Notes: a model not told the origin generated them from the letters alone. A stretch of DNA of 32,000 nucleotides from Candidatus Heimdallarchaeota archaeon (GCA_030614005.1 JAUWKS010000007.1:30001-62000); one strand, 5' to 3'; numbered from the stretch's first letter, positions 9,112 to 18,056 are shown. Numbers and translations are program-made.

Positions 9112-9480
9112 ATGGTTGAAACTAACACAGATTTGAAGCCAGCAGTTAAAATGGAATTAGCATCAATGGATGATTTAGTGCGAATGGCTTTTTTCAGCGC
9201 AGCAAGAAATAATGGCTTAAATTTCTTAGCTTTTACTAAGAAAAATGAAAAGAAGTGGTACATAGGTTTCCTTACAGGAGTCGCTGGGTACTTTGAATTA
9301 AGAGGCGTTCCAATGTTTTTCTATGTTAAATTAGACACAAAGCCTGAAAAAAACAATTTCATACAATATTCAGCTGCCAAAGAGAAAGAGAAATGGACCT
9401 ATTCTGAATCAACTGCAGAACCAGCAAAATGGAATTATTTGCCAATAATTGAATTAGCAAATGAACCAACATTTCTCTAA
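9112..9480 (+). CDS. Conserved-looking archaeal hypothetical protein (probable start ATG 9112; ORF track starts at GTG 9100)
   Basis: Motifs KPAV..ELASMDDLVR, GYFELRGVPMFFYV and YLPIIELANEP recall an uncharacterised family of TACK/Asgard archaea (memory only). Confidence 0.55.
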   Translation: MVETNTDLKPAVKMELASMDDLVRMAFFSAARNNGLNFLAFTKKNEKKWYIGFLTGVAGYFELRGVPMFFYVKLDTKPEKNNFIQYSAAKEKEKWTYSESTAEPAKWNYLPIIELANEPTFL

Positions 9481-9578
9481 GAATACTTTTCATTTCTAAT
9501 ACTGAAAAAAGAGATATATTGAAGAGTAGAAAATAGAATATAAATTAAACTGCGAATTATGTAACGAGGATATTAACA

Positions 9579-10916
9579 ATGAGTGAAAAGAATCTCCTAA
9601 CTAGTATTGCAATTATCGGGCACGTCGATCATGGAAAATCTACATTGATGGGTCATTTTCTTTTTGATATTGGTGCTGTTGATCCTAGAGTAATGAAAAA
9701 GCATGAGATGGATGCAGATGGATTAGGAATGTCCTCTTGGAAATGGGCATATGTTTTGGATGCATTTCCAGAAGAAAAAGAGAAAGGAAAAACCATGGAT
9801 ATTGCTTTTCGTCGATTTGATATAAATAATCGAAATTATGTTATAATAGACAATCCCGGTCATCGTGATTTTACAAAAAATACCATAGCAGGATTGAGTA
9901 CTGCTGATGCATGTGTCCTTGTTATAAGTGCTGGAAGAGGAGAAATAGAAGCTGGTTTAGAACCAGGAAATGAACAAACTCCATCTGGTCAAACGCTTGA
10001 ACATACTTTAATTGCTTCTGTATTGGGAATTAAGGATGTCATTATCGTAGTAAATAAAATGGATAGTGCAAAATACTCTGAAGAACGGTTCAATGAAAGT
10101 AAATCAATTTTAGTCGCTTTTTTGAAACAAATTCAAAGTCCATGGATAAAAAACCTCGATACAATTCCATTCATTCCTATTAGCGGTCTAGATGGTGATA
10201 ATCTCGTAAATAAAAGTGATAAAATGAATTGGTATAAAGGACCAACACTAAAAGAAGCAATCGAGAAAATAAGTATGCCTGAAGACTTGACGAACAAAGA
10301 TCTTCGTTTAGTTATTTATGATGCCTTTCAAGAACCAGGTCAAGGTTTAGTTGGCTATGGTAGAATAATCAGTGGCAAGTTGAAAATGAACGATAGAATA
10401 GTTATTGCCCCAGGAACAAGATCTGGTACTGTAAAAACCATTTGGGATGAAGAAGAGGAAGTTTCAGAAGCAGGTGGAGGTATGGATGTTTCATTTCTTA
10501 TTAAAGGAGATGCTGAAGAAGACATTCGAAGAGGAGCAGTTATTGGTTTAGCTGGAAAAGAACCACCTTCAAAACCACGAATTCAAGTAAGATTGCTCTA
10601 TTTGGGATTGCAACCATTGGTTCTTGGAAATATCTCTATCCTTCATGTCGGGTCTGATCATGTTGAAGCTGAACTGGAAACCATTGTAAAAATACATAGA
10701 ACGAACCCCAAATTCAAGAATACTCTTCGAGAAATTGATGGAAAAACGATTATGATATTCAATGAAGAAGTTGCAAGTGTTATTCTTCACGTCAAAAATC
10801 CAATCGTTTCTGAAAAACAATCCGATATACCAAAGCTTGGCCGAGTTATTCTCAGAAAGAAAGGTCGTGTAATAGCTGCAGCTATCGTTGAAGACCTATT
10901 AGATGCTGAAAATTAG
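9579..10916 (+). CDS. EF-1alpha-family translational GTPase, divergent paralog with HBS1/eRF3-like features
   Basis: G1 GHVDHGKSTLMGH, G2 EEKEKGKTMD, G3 DNPGH, G4 NKMD, G5 SGL, EF1A-type W(Y)KGPTL linker, domains II and III present, C-terminal LGRVILRKKGRVIAAAIV. Confidence 0.9.
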   Translation: MSEKNLLTSIAIIGHVDHGKSTLMGHFLFDIGAVDPRVMKKHEMDADGLGMSSWKWAYVLDAFPEEKEKGKTMDIAFRRFDINNRNYVIIDNPGHRDFTKNTIAGLSTADACVLVISAGRGEIEAGLEPGNEQTPSGQTLEHTLIASVLGIKDVIIVVNKMDSAKYSEERFNESKSILVAFLKQIQSPWIKNLDTIPFIPISGLDGDNLVNKSDKMNWYKGPTLKEAIEKISMPEDLTNKDLRLVIYDAFQEPGQGLVGYGRIISGKLKMNDRIVIAPGTRSGTVKTIWDEEEEVSEAGGGMDVSFLIKGDAEEDIRRGAVIGLAGKEPPSKPRIQVRLLYLGLQPLVLGNISILHVGSDHVEAELETIVKIHRTNPKFKNTLREIDGKTIMIFNEEVASVILHVKNPIVSEKQSDIPKLGRVILRKKGRVIAAAIVEDLLDAEN

Positions 10917-10946
10917 ACTATTGTACTAAATGGACGAAGATATAGA

Positions 10947-11813
10947 ATGACGGATAATAGAAAAGATAATTCTTATATTGATTTACATATTCACACAAAA
11001 GCATCTGATGGAACTTTCTCTCCTACAGAAATGGTTGAATATGCTAAATCAAAAAATATTGTTGCTGTAGCAATTACAGATCATGATACTGTTGCTGGAA
11101 TCGAAGAGGGCTTAATTGCAGGTAAAAAAATGGGTATTGAAGTTATTCCTGGAATAGAATTTTCCACAGAAATTGATGAATTAAGTTTTCATATCGTTGG
11201 TTTGTTTATAGATCACAAAGATAAAACTTTGCTTGAACTAACAGAGCAAATTCAAAACTCACGGTACAATCGTGCAAAAATGATTATTGAAAAAGTGAAT
11301 GCACTAAATGTAGGTCCAGAGATTACTCTTCAAGAGATTGAAGAAATTTCTAGTGGATTAATCGGTAGACCACACATTGCTTCGACAATGATTAAAAAAG
11401 GCTACGCAAAAACAATGGACGAAGTTTTTGATAAATTCCTAGAACGAGGTAGACCTTGTTATGTTCCTCGTTTTAAATTAAGACCTCAAGACGCAGTTAG
11501 TATTATTGCTAAAATGAAAGCCATAGCTATTTTAGCACATCCTGGATTTATTCCCAAGGGATTCAATTTTGATGAATTCCTAGAGGATTTAAAGAAATTT
11601 GGTTTAGCTGGAATAGAAGTTATTTATCCTACACATTCTCCAGAACAAAGAAAATTCTTTAGAAAATTAGCTAAGAAATTTGATTTACTGGAAAGTGGTG
11701 GAAGTGATTGCCATGGTGAACTAGGTAACGGTCCTTATATTGGCAGAACAAAAATACACTATCGTAATTTACAAAAAATGAAAGATAGACTTGGAAAAAA
11801 AAGTTCTAAATAA
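10947..11813 (+). CDS. PHP-domain phosphoesterase/nuclease, YciV (TrpH, RNase AM) family
   Basis: DLHIHTKASDG, ITDHDT, GIEFS, HIVGL, GRPHIA, LAHP and GGSDCHG motifs all intact. Confidence 0.88.
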   Translation: MTDNRKDNSYIDLHIHTKASDGTFSPTEMVEYAKSKNIVAVAITDHDTVAGIEEGLIAGKKMGIEVIPGIEFSTEIDELSFHIVGLFIDHKDKTLLELTEQIQNSRYNRAKMIIEKVNALNVGPEITLQEIEEISSGLIGRPHIASTMIKKGYAKTMDEVFDKFLERGRPCYVPRFKLRPQDAVSIIAKMKAIAILAHPGFIPKGFNFDEFLEDLKKFGLAGIEVIYPTHSPEQRKFFRKLAKKFDLLESGGSDCHGELGNGPYIGRTKIHYRNLQKMKDRLGKKSSK

Positions 11814-12663
11814 CTTCTTTTCTGATAACTATCAGAATTTCTTCTCCAGCGTCAAGTAAACCCGTATGCTTTGCAAAAATAGTTTCAATCCTGAGCAATG
11901 TATTCCAAGTTTCTTCTTTTTCCATAATGTAATTTATGGGTTCAATTTGATTATTGGTTATAGGATTTAAGGCCATAATTTCGAGAATTTCACATCGAGA
12001 TTTTATTGCTAATTCAATTAGTTCTTTGCTGCTAAATCCATAGTAAAGAGGTTCTTCAGGAAATTCTTCAAATTGTTTATAGTTAGTATCGATCAATTCC
12101 CAGAGTCCTGCTTTCGTAGCATCTTCTAGTAATTCGAATCTACCATTTTTGATAATGCTCCGGAAGTATTGAGCTTTCGTTTTAACACTAAGAATAATAG
12201 GTGAACCAACCTTAGCAACTCGAACCAATTCTCTCAATAACTTGTGTCGTTGTTCACAGGCATATGACAATGTGCCTGACAAACAGATAACTAAATCAAA
12301 GGTATTTTCGCCAAAGAGTTCAAGATTTCCTAAATCTTCTAGCAGAGCAAATTGATCTATTTTATCTGAAATTTTGTATTTGTCGAATTTCTCTCGAGTA
12401 AGTTGGAGTTGATCTTCCGAAATATCTCCAATGATTAATCGTCGATTGCTTTGAGCAATTTTTAGTGCGAAATTTCCAGGGTCAAATCCGACATCTAAAA
12501 TTAGTGCATCTTCTGGAGGAAGATATTGATTAATAACCTTCATAATAAGTTCAAATTGAAGTTTCTTGTAGGCACTTTCACCTGCATGAGAAATCCAACC
12601 TTTAGCGCCCTTTTTTTTGAGAAAATTTTTTAGTATGTCTTTATTATAAGCCAATTTCTCCAT
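11806..12663 (-). CDS. Class I SAM-dependent methyltransferase
   Basis: Motif I ILDVGFDPG (variant), motif II IIGDISEDQL, TFDLVICL, ELVRVAKVG. Convergent 8-nt overlap with the PHP gene. Confidence 0.75.
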   Translation of the reverse strand: MEKLAYNKDILKNFLKKKGAKGWISHAGESAYKKLQFELIMKVINQYLPPEDALILDVGFDPGNFALKIAQSNRRLIIGDISEDQLQLTREKFDKYKISDKIDQFALLEDLGNLELFGENTFDLVICLSGTLSYACEQRHKLLRELVRVAKVGSPIILSVKTKAQYFRSIIKNGRFELLEDATKAGLWELIDTNYKQFEEFPEEPLYYGFSSKELIELAIKSRCEILEIMALNPITNNQIEPINYIMEKEETWNTLLRIETIFAKHTGLLDAGEEILIVIRKEVI

Positions 12664-12745
12664 CCTCAGACTTGTATATATTATAATAATACCACTAACC
12701 TTAAAATTATGTCTCTCTTTTCCTTACTAAAATGAGGTTTTAACC

Positions 12746-13279
12746 TTGAGCAAAAACAAAAAAATACAAACAAGTAGAGAACGACCATCAGTACATCAGT
12801 ATTTTACCGCTATGGCGGAACTAGTTTCCACGAGATCAACTTGCTTAAGACGTCAGTTTGGCTGTGTAATAGTTCAAAACGGCCATGCAATTTCTACAGG
12901 TTATAATGGTGCTCCAAAAGGCATGCCTCATTGTACTGATATTGGTTGTTTACGGGATGATTTAAACATTCCAAGTGGAACGAAACACGAGATTTGCAGA
13001 GGAGTACATGCAGAACAGAATGCAATAATTCAGTGTGCAATACATGGTGAATCAACAAAAGGAGCCACCCTCTATATAACCGGTTATCCTTGTAAAATTT
13101 GTTCAAAAATGATTATTAATGCAATGATAGACAGAGTTGTTATTTCTGGCAGTTATTCTGATACAGAAGGTATTGATCTAATGAAAGAAGCAGGTATAGA
13201 AGTAATTTTCATGGACAAACCTGCAAAAGAAATACTAGACTATGTTGTGCAATTAAAAGAATCTTGGCAAAGAAAGTAA
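12746..13279 (+). CDS. dCMP deaminase family protein (ComEB-like, zinc-dependent)
   Basis: RSTCLRRQFGCVIV, TGYNGAP, HAEQNA and PCKIC motifs. TTG start preceded by GAGGT. Confidence 0.9.
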   Translation: MSKNKKIQTSRERPSVHQYFTAMAELVSTRSTCLRRQFGCVIVQNGHAISTGYNGAPKGMPHCTDIGCLRDDLNIPSGTKHEICRGVHAEQNAIIQCAIHGESTKGATLYITGYPCKICSKMIINAMIDRVVISGSYSDTEGIDLMKEAGIEVIFMDKPAKEILDYVVQLKESWQRK

Positions 13280-13290
13280 GAAGATAGATT

Positions 13291-13698
13291 TCAGCCTAAA
13301 ACTGATCCAAACAATTCCAAATGGCTTTTTGTACGGATAAATATCACTGGAATTTTGTTCTTTCTGAGTTTAAGACGTAATTCTCTATCATTTGTAACAA
13401 CAATGCAAAAGGGATTGTTTTCAATTGCATATTGAACAATTCTATCATCAACAAATCTGATGTTTTTGGGGTTGTATTCAATAATCTGAAATCTTTCCAA
13501 GTATTTCAAAGCAAAAGCTACTTGTTTAGCTAATTTTGGCGTCTTTTTCGAAAGACGATTTAATTCATCAATACAACATGAAAGAAAAACAATGGTATGC
13601 TTTTGAGGAACCAATCGCTCTATTTCCGATTGAAGATTGAATTTGCTTTCCATAATGAGTATCGGAATGTTAGTATCTAAAACGATTTGTAATTCCAC
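13291..13698 (-). CDS. PIN-domain protein, Fcf1/Utp24-like (COG1412); probable GTG start at 13698
   Basis: VLDTNI, CIDEL, VDDRIV and VTNDRELR acidic PIN motifs. GAGG upstream of the GTG. Located after aIF2gamma, a conserved archaeal arrangement. Confidence 0.85.
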   Translation of the reverse strand: MELQIVLDTNIPILIMESKFNLQSEIERLVPQKHTIVFLSCCIDELNRLSKKTPKLAKQVAFALKYLERFQIIEYNPKNIRFVDDRIVQYAIENNPFCIVVTNDRELRLKLRKNKIPVIFIRTKSHLELFGSVLG

Positions 13699-13746
13699 AA
13701 AGAATTCCCTCAATAAATATATAGCTATCAAGAAAGAATAAAAAAT

Positions 13747-15156
13747 TTATTGGACTATTCCAAATCCAATAAGTCTAAATCTACCTTCAAGTCGTCTCGA
13801 AATAGCAACTCTCGTACCTTTCTCTGCACAAACAAGGCGATTAAGTTTAACAGTTATTTTCTTTCCTTTAAGATGACTAATTTGACCGAGAGTTATTGCT
13901 GTCCAAACATTCAACATTAGTTGTTCACCAACGGCAAGGTTTTTTACTTTCGTCTTTTCATCAAGACCTACAACAAAATCCATCAGATTAATTGCTAGTT
14001 CAATATTCTCAATTACTGGTGGCAGATTCCCTGGTTTTCCAATAATATTGCCAACTAAACTGTCTGCTTTGGTAATTGCTGGGTCAATATCAGTTCCAAT
14101 GGACATCAATCCACCTGGTTTAGCTTCTTTGACTTTGCCAAGAGTACCAGCATGAATCGAAACGATTTTGGTTTTAATGGATTCAACTTTTCTACCTGAA
14201 CGAATGCCAGGTCGAATTTCGATGTCATCTCCTTCTTTAAGGAGACCACAGATTATTGAACCACCCAGAACACCACCAAGCAAATCTTCAGGAATTGTCC
14301 CTGGTTTGTTCACTTCAAAAGAACGAGCAACAAACATTCGTGGTTCGACTTTTTCATCTCGTTTTGGTGTTTTGATAACATTCTCAATAGTTTCAATAAG
14401 AAGATCGAGATTTACTCCATGAATTGCACTCATCGGTATGATGGGTGCTCCCTCAGCAACGGTTCCTTTTACAAATTTGACAATATCGTCGAAACTCTTT
14501 AGTGCTTGTTCTTCCGTTACAAGTTCGATTTTATTTTGAACAATAATTATATTCTGAATTCCGACAGCATCCATCGCGGCGAGATGTTCTCGTGTTTGAG
14601 CTTGAGGACAATGTTCATTTGCAGCGATAACCAAAATAGCACCATCGAAAATTGCTGCACCTGTAAGTAAAGTAGCCATTAAAACTTCGTGCCCTGGAGC
14701 ATCTACAAAGGAAATTCTGCGACTTACTTTAGTTTCTGCACTACATTTTGGACAAGTGGCCTCAGTAGACCATTTGTTTGCACCAGTGCATTTTGGGCAA
14801 TAATGAGTATCAGTATCAGCATATCCAAGTCTAATAGTAATTCCACGTTTAAGCTCTTCAGAATGAGTGTCTGGGAAGGTTCCTGTTAGAGCCTTCACAA
14901 GAGTTGATTTACCATGATCAACATGACCAATAGTTCCGATATTGATTTCTGCTTGTTTTCCTGTAGAATATTCTTCAGTCTCAACAACCACATCAGTTTT
15001 CTTCGATTTTTTCGTAGTTTTAGAGGAAGCTTTCTTCGCTTTTGAAGCGGTGCTAGTTTTTTTTGTTGTTTTGCTACTGCTAGCTTTTTTCTCAGTTTTA
15101 GCTTTCTCGTCAGCTTTTTTTGTTACTTTCTTATCTGAGGTGGTTTCTTTGGACAA
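13747..15156 (-). CDS. eif2g: Translation initiation factor 2 subunit gamma (aIF2gamma) with a Lys-rich N-terminal extension
   Basis: QAEINIGTIGHVDHGKS, EELKRGITIRLGY, CPKC..CPKC zinc knuckle, DAPGHE, QNKIE, ISRRLEGRFRLIGFG. Confidence 0.97.
   Translation of the reverse strand: MSKETTSDKKVTKKADEKAKTEKKASSSKTTKKTSTASKAKKASSKTTKKSKKTDVVVETEEYSTGKQAEINIGTIGHVDHGKSTLVKALTGTFPDTHSEELKRGITIRLGYADTDTHYCPKCTGANKWSTEATCPKCSAETKVSRRISFVDAPGHEVLMATLLTGAAIFDGAILVIAANEHCPQAQTREHLAAMDAVGIQNIIIVQNKIELVTEEQALKSFDDIVKFVKGTVAEGAPIIPMSAIHGVNLDLLIETIENVIKTPKRDEKVEPRMFVARSFEVNKPGTIPEDLLGGVLGGSIICGLLKEGDDIEIRPGIRSGRKVESIKTKIVSIHAGTLGKVKEAKPGGLMSIGTDIDPAITKADSLVGNIIGKPGNLPPVIENIELAINLMDFVVGLDEKTKVKNLAVGEQLMLNVWTAITLGQISHLKGKKITVKLNRLVCAEKGTRVAISRRLEGRFRLIGFGIVQ
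14998..15156 (-). repeat. Low-complexity K/T/S/A coding segment with a duplicated KKASS(S)KTTKK motif
   Basis: 20 Lys in the first 53 residues of aIF2gamma, counted from the translation. Confidence 0.8.
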
Positions 15157-15163
15157 AACGATT

Positions 15164-15550
15164 CTATTCTCCAGTAGTAATCAATTCTTCGATTTTCTTT
15201 TTACCCATTGTAACGATTTTCATGTTTATTTGATAAATTTCATCACTAATGGTGTTTCCTCTAACTAATTTCCTCTTTTTTAGTCCCTTCTCTGCGATTC
15301 TAAACCCTTGGCTTTTAGTTGTGAGGATTTTTTTTCTGATTGGTCCGTCAAGGTTGCTTCTCATGGGGAAACCGTCTTTATCGCTTCCGCCAGTAATCTT
15401 GAACACATATCCTGGATATCCGAGTGGGGTGCCATCAAATTCATCACTGATTCTTTTACCAATTAATGGGTTGGCTTTTGTGCCTTCAATGACTGTTTTG
15501 TAGCTTTTCCCGGATTCTGGGTCACCAATGTTTAGTTGGAATTTTGCCAA
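15164..15550 (-). CDS. rps6e: 30S ribosomal protein S6e
   Basis: FQLNIGDP.SGKSY, KITGGSDKDGFPMR, KRKLVRGNTISDEIYQINMKI. Confidence 0.97.
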   Translation of the reverse strand: MAKFQLNIGDPESGKSYKTVIEGTKANPLIGKRISDEFDGTPLGYPGYVFKITGGSDKDGFPMRSNLDGPIRKKILTTKSQGFRIAEKGLKKRKLVRGNTISDEIYQINMKIVTMGKKKIEELITTGE

Positions 15551-15626
15551 TTAAGATTTCTCCTTGTAATGTAATGATTGATAGTCTCACAATCACTAAT
15601 CTCTACTCGGTTTCGGTTGAAAATAC

Positions 15627-15638
15627 TATATATATTTA
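15627..15638 (-). promoter_or_regulatory. Possible TATA box for the rps6e-eif2g-PIN operon
   Basis: Minus-strand TAAATATATATA about 80 nt upstream of the rps6e start. The AT-rich background makes this weak. Confidence 0.3.
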
Positions 15639-15683
15639 CCGATGGTTCTTTTTCTATTTTAGAACTAAAAAATTTTCGTTCAT

Positions 15684-16625
15684 CTAATATTTATTATTCA
15701 TCATAATATTTTTTAGAATGTCATTATAATAGTAATGTTCTCCAATAATTTCTTTTATTTCTGAATGGTATTTTTGTAATAAAGAAGGCATTGCCTTAGA
15801 AGCAAAAAGATTTCTAATTGCATTTATTCTATTCCTAAATTTCGCTGCACCCTCAAAATTTTCAACTGCAATTTCTTCTTGCATTATTTTTTCGAGCTGT
15901 TTAATTACATTTTCACCATTTTTTTCTAATTCAGTAATGAACTCCTTAACATGTTTTTTGTATTGTCTGGGATCAAAATTACCATTTTTACAAGGAACTA
16001 AACAACGGTTGATTTGATGCCGAATACACGATACTGGATACCTTCCTCCAGGAGTAATCGTAAGAAGAGAGTTACAGATTGGAATTACTGTTAAAAAACC
16101 ATCAACTGCTACGTCTATATCCGAAGCAATATTGAATGGACCAAAGATATAACTTTCCGGAAGAAGAGATTGATAGATAGTGAGAACCCTAGGTATTTCT
16201 TCACCAATTGTCACCTCAATAAAGGGATACCTCCAGACTTGCTTGTTTAGTTCAGGACGAAAGGCGGAAATTAAACATCCTTCCAGTGTTAGTGCTTCAT
16301 CTTCATTTCCAGTGATAATATATTTGATATTTTTAGTGAATTTTCTAATTCTTGTTTTCTTTTTTCGCTGTTTATTATATATTATTGAAGGTAAATTTTC
16401 AATGTGTTTTATTTGTAGATCCCAAGTAGTAACAGCTATTGGTGCTTCTCGTGTTTTTTGAATCACTTTTTTGAATACTTTCATTTGCCCTTTGCGAAAA
16501 TGATCTGTAATTCTACGTTTAAGATTAACTGCTTTGCCTATGTAAATTATTCTTTCTTCATTATCTAGGAAAAAATAGACACCGGTTTTCTCAGGAATCT
16601 CTTTGATTAGATCAATCATTGACAC
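15684..16625 (-). CDS. GIY-YIG endonuclease corresponding to the N-terminal half of UvrC (Cho-like), with UVR domain
   Basis: TGVYFF..IIYIGKAVNLKRRI, EALTLE, PELN, four Cys (ICNS; SCIRHQINRCLVPC), UVR motif ENFEGAAKFRNRI. No RNase-H-like or HhH half. Confidence 0.85.
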   Translation of the reverse strand: MSMIDLIKEIPEKTGVYFFLDNEERIIYIGKAVNLKRRITDHFRKGQMKVFKKVIQKTREAPIAVTTWDLQIKHIENLPSIIYNKQRKKKTRIRKFTKNIKYIITGNEDEALTLEGCLISAFRPELNKQVWRYPFIEVTIGEEIPRVLTIYQSLLPESYIFGPFNIASDIDVAVDGFLTVIPICNSLLTITPGGRYPVSCIRHQINRCLVPCKNGNFDPRQYKKHVKEFITELEKNGENVIKQLEKIMQEEIAVENFEGAAKFRNRINAIRNLFASKAMPSLLQKYHSEIKEIIGEHYYYNDILKNIMMNNKY

Positions 16626-16796
16626 GAAACACCATTCATTCTACACTTTTGTTGGAAGGAGAAAATATAAAGCTAATTAATATAATTGTTTACTTGAAAA
16701 TCAATGCGTCCAACAATTTTATTAAGAAGCGCTTATGGTTGTTTAGCGAAGAAATTAATCTCATAATATAATAAGAAAAAACCAGAGGAACCAATT

Positions 16797-18056
16797 ATGC
16801 CAAGTTCAAAAGAACTCATTGAAATGGACAACAAGTACGGAGCACATAACTACCATCCAATTCCAGTAGTTATCTCCAGAGCCGAAGGCGTTTGGGTATA
16901 CGACCCAGAAGGAAAGAAATATTTGGATTGCTTATCCGCGTATTCAAGTCATAATACAGGACACAGACATCCTGAAATCATTAAAGTACTCAAAGAGCAA
17001 GCAGATTTAGTAACACTTACTTCTCGCGCTTTTCATAATGATAAAATGGGTCCTTTCTTAAAGAAACTCTGTGAAGTTGTAGGTCCTCACGTAAGCGACC
17101 CCAAGAAATCAGGTATAATGGCTCTCCCAATGAATACAGGTGCAGAAGCTGTTGAAACTGGTTTGAAAGTTGCTAGAGCATGGGGTTACATAAAGAAGAA
17201 AATACCAAAAGAAAAAGCACAAATTATTGTCTGTAGAGACAACTTCCACGGGAGAACAATAACAATTGTTGGATTTAGTACTGACATTAGCCATGGTAGA
17301 TATTTCGGTAATTTCGGACCTTTCACTCCTGGTTTTACTGCTATTTCTTACGGGGACGCTGAAGAATTAGAAAATACTATTTTAGAACTTGGACCAGAGA
17401 ATGTTGCAGGATTCTTATTTGAACCACTCCAAGGAGAAGCTGGAGTTATTGTTCCTGTTGAAGGCTTTATGACGAAAGCAAGAGAAATATGCACAAAATA
17501 TAATGTTCTAATGATTGCTGATGAAATCCAATCTGGATTATGTCGCACTGGGAAACTCTTCGCAGTAAATCATGAAGATGTTAAACCTGATATGTTCTTA
17601 CTTGGAAAAGCACTCGGTGGTGGTGTTTATCCCGTTTCGGCAGTAGTTGCGACTACTGATGTAATGGGCCCAGAGGTAATTACTCCAGGTGTGCATGGAA
17701 GCACTTTTGGTGGAAACCCATTGGGTTCTGTTGTAGGAATCAAATCTCTCGAGATTCTCATTGAAGAAAAATTAGCTGAAAAATCAGAAGAGATGGGCAA
17801 ATACTTCAGAGAAGGTTTGCGAAAGATTGCTGCAATGAAAACCAAAGTACCAATCATTGATGTTCGTGGAAAAGGATTACTAATTGCTATCGAAATAATT
17901 GGTAAAGCACGACCTATCACAGAAGGAATGATGAAGAAAGGTTTGCTCGCAAAAGAAACACACGATACAATAATTAGATTTGCTCCACCTTTGGTTATCA
18001 CAAAAGAAGAAATTGATTGGGTATTAAAGATTATTGAAGAAGTTTTTACAAAGTAA
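16797..18056 (+). CDS. rocD: Ornithine--oxo-acid aminotransferase (class III PLP)
   Basis: GAHNYHPIPVV, YLDCLSAYS, LTSRAFHND, MNTGAEAVETG, NFHGRT, EPLQGEAGV, DEIQSGLCRTG, LGKALGGG, HGSTFGGNP. Confidence 0.92.
   Translation: MPSSKELIEMDNKYGAHNYHPIPVVISRAEGVWVYDPEGKKYLDCLSAYSSHNTGHRHPEIIKVLKEQADLVTLTSRAFHNDKMGPFLKKLCEVVGPHVSDPKKSGIMALPMNTGAEAVETGLKVARAWGYIKKKIPKEKAQIIVCRDNFHGRTITIVGFSTDISHGRYFGNFGPFTPGFTAISYGDAEELENTILELGPENVAGFLFEPLQGEAGVIVPVEGFMTKAREICTKYNVLMIADEIQSGLCRTGKLFAVNHEDVKPDMFLLGKALGGGVYPVSAVVATTDVMGPEVITPGVHGSTFGGNPLGSVVGIKSLEILIEEKLAEKSEEMGKYFREGLRKIAAMKTKVPIIDVRGKGLLIAIEIIGKARPITEGMMKKGLLAKETHDTIIRFAPPLVITKEEIDWVLKIIEEVFTK

Noticed and set aside
9579-10916. SelB, CysN or the canonical EF-1alpha
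   Set aside because: No SelB C-terminal extension, no CysN GSVDDGKS motif, and the aa-tRNA-contact motifs of canonical aEF1A are missing. No gene symbol assigned.
14942-15268. Hydrophobic 108-aa plus-strand ORF that looks like a membrane protein
   Set aside because: Antisense shadow of the AAA/AAG-rich aIF2gamma tail; reverse-complemented Lys codons give Phe/Leu.
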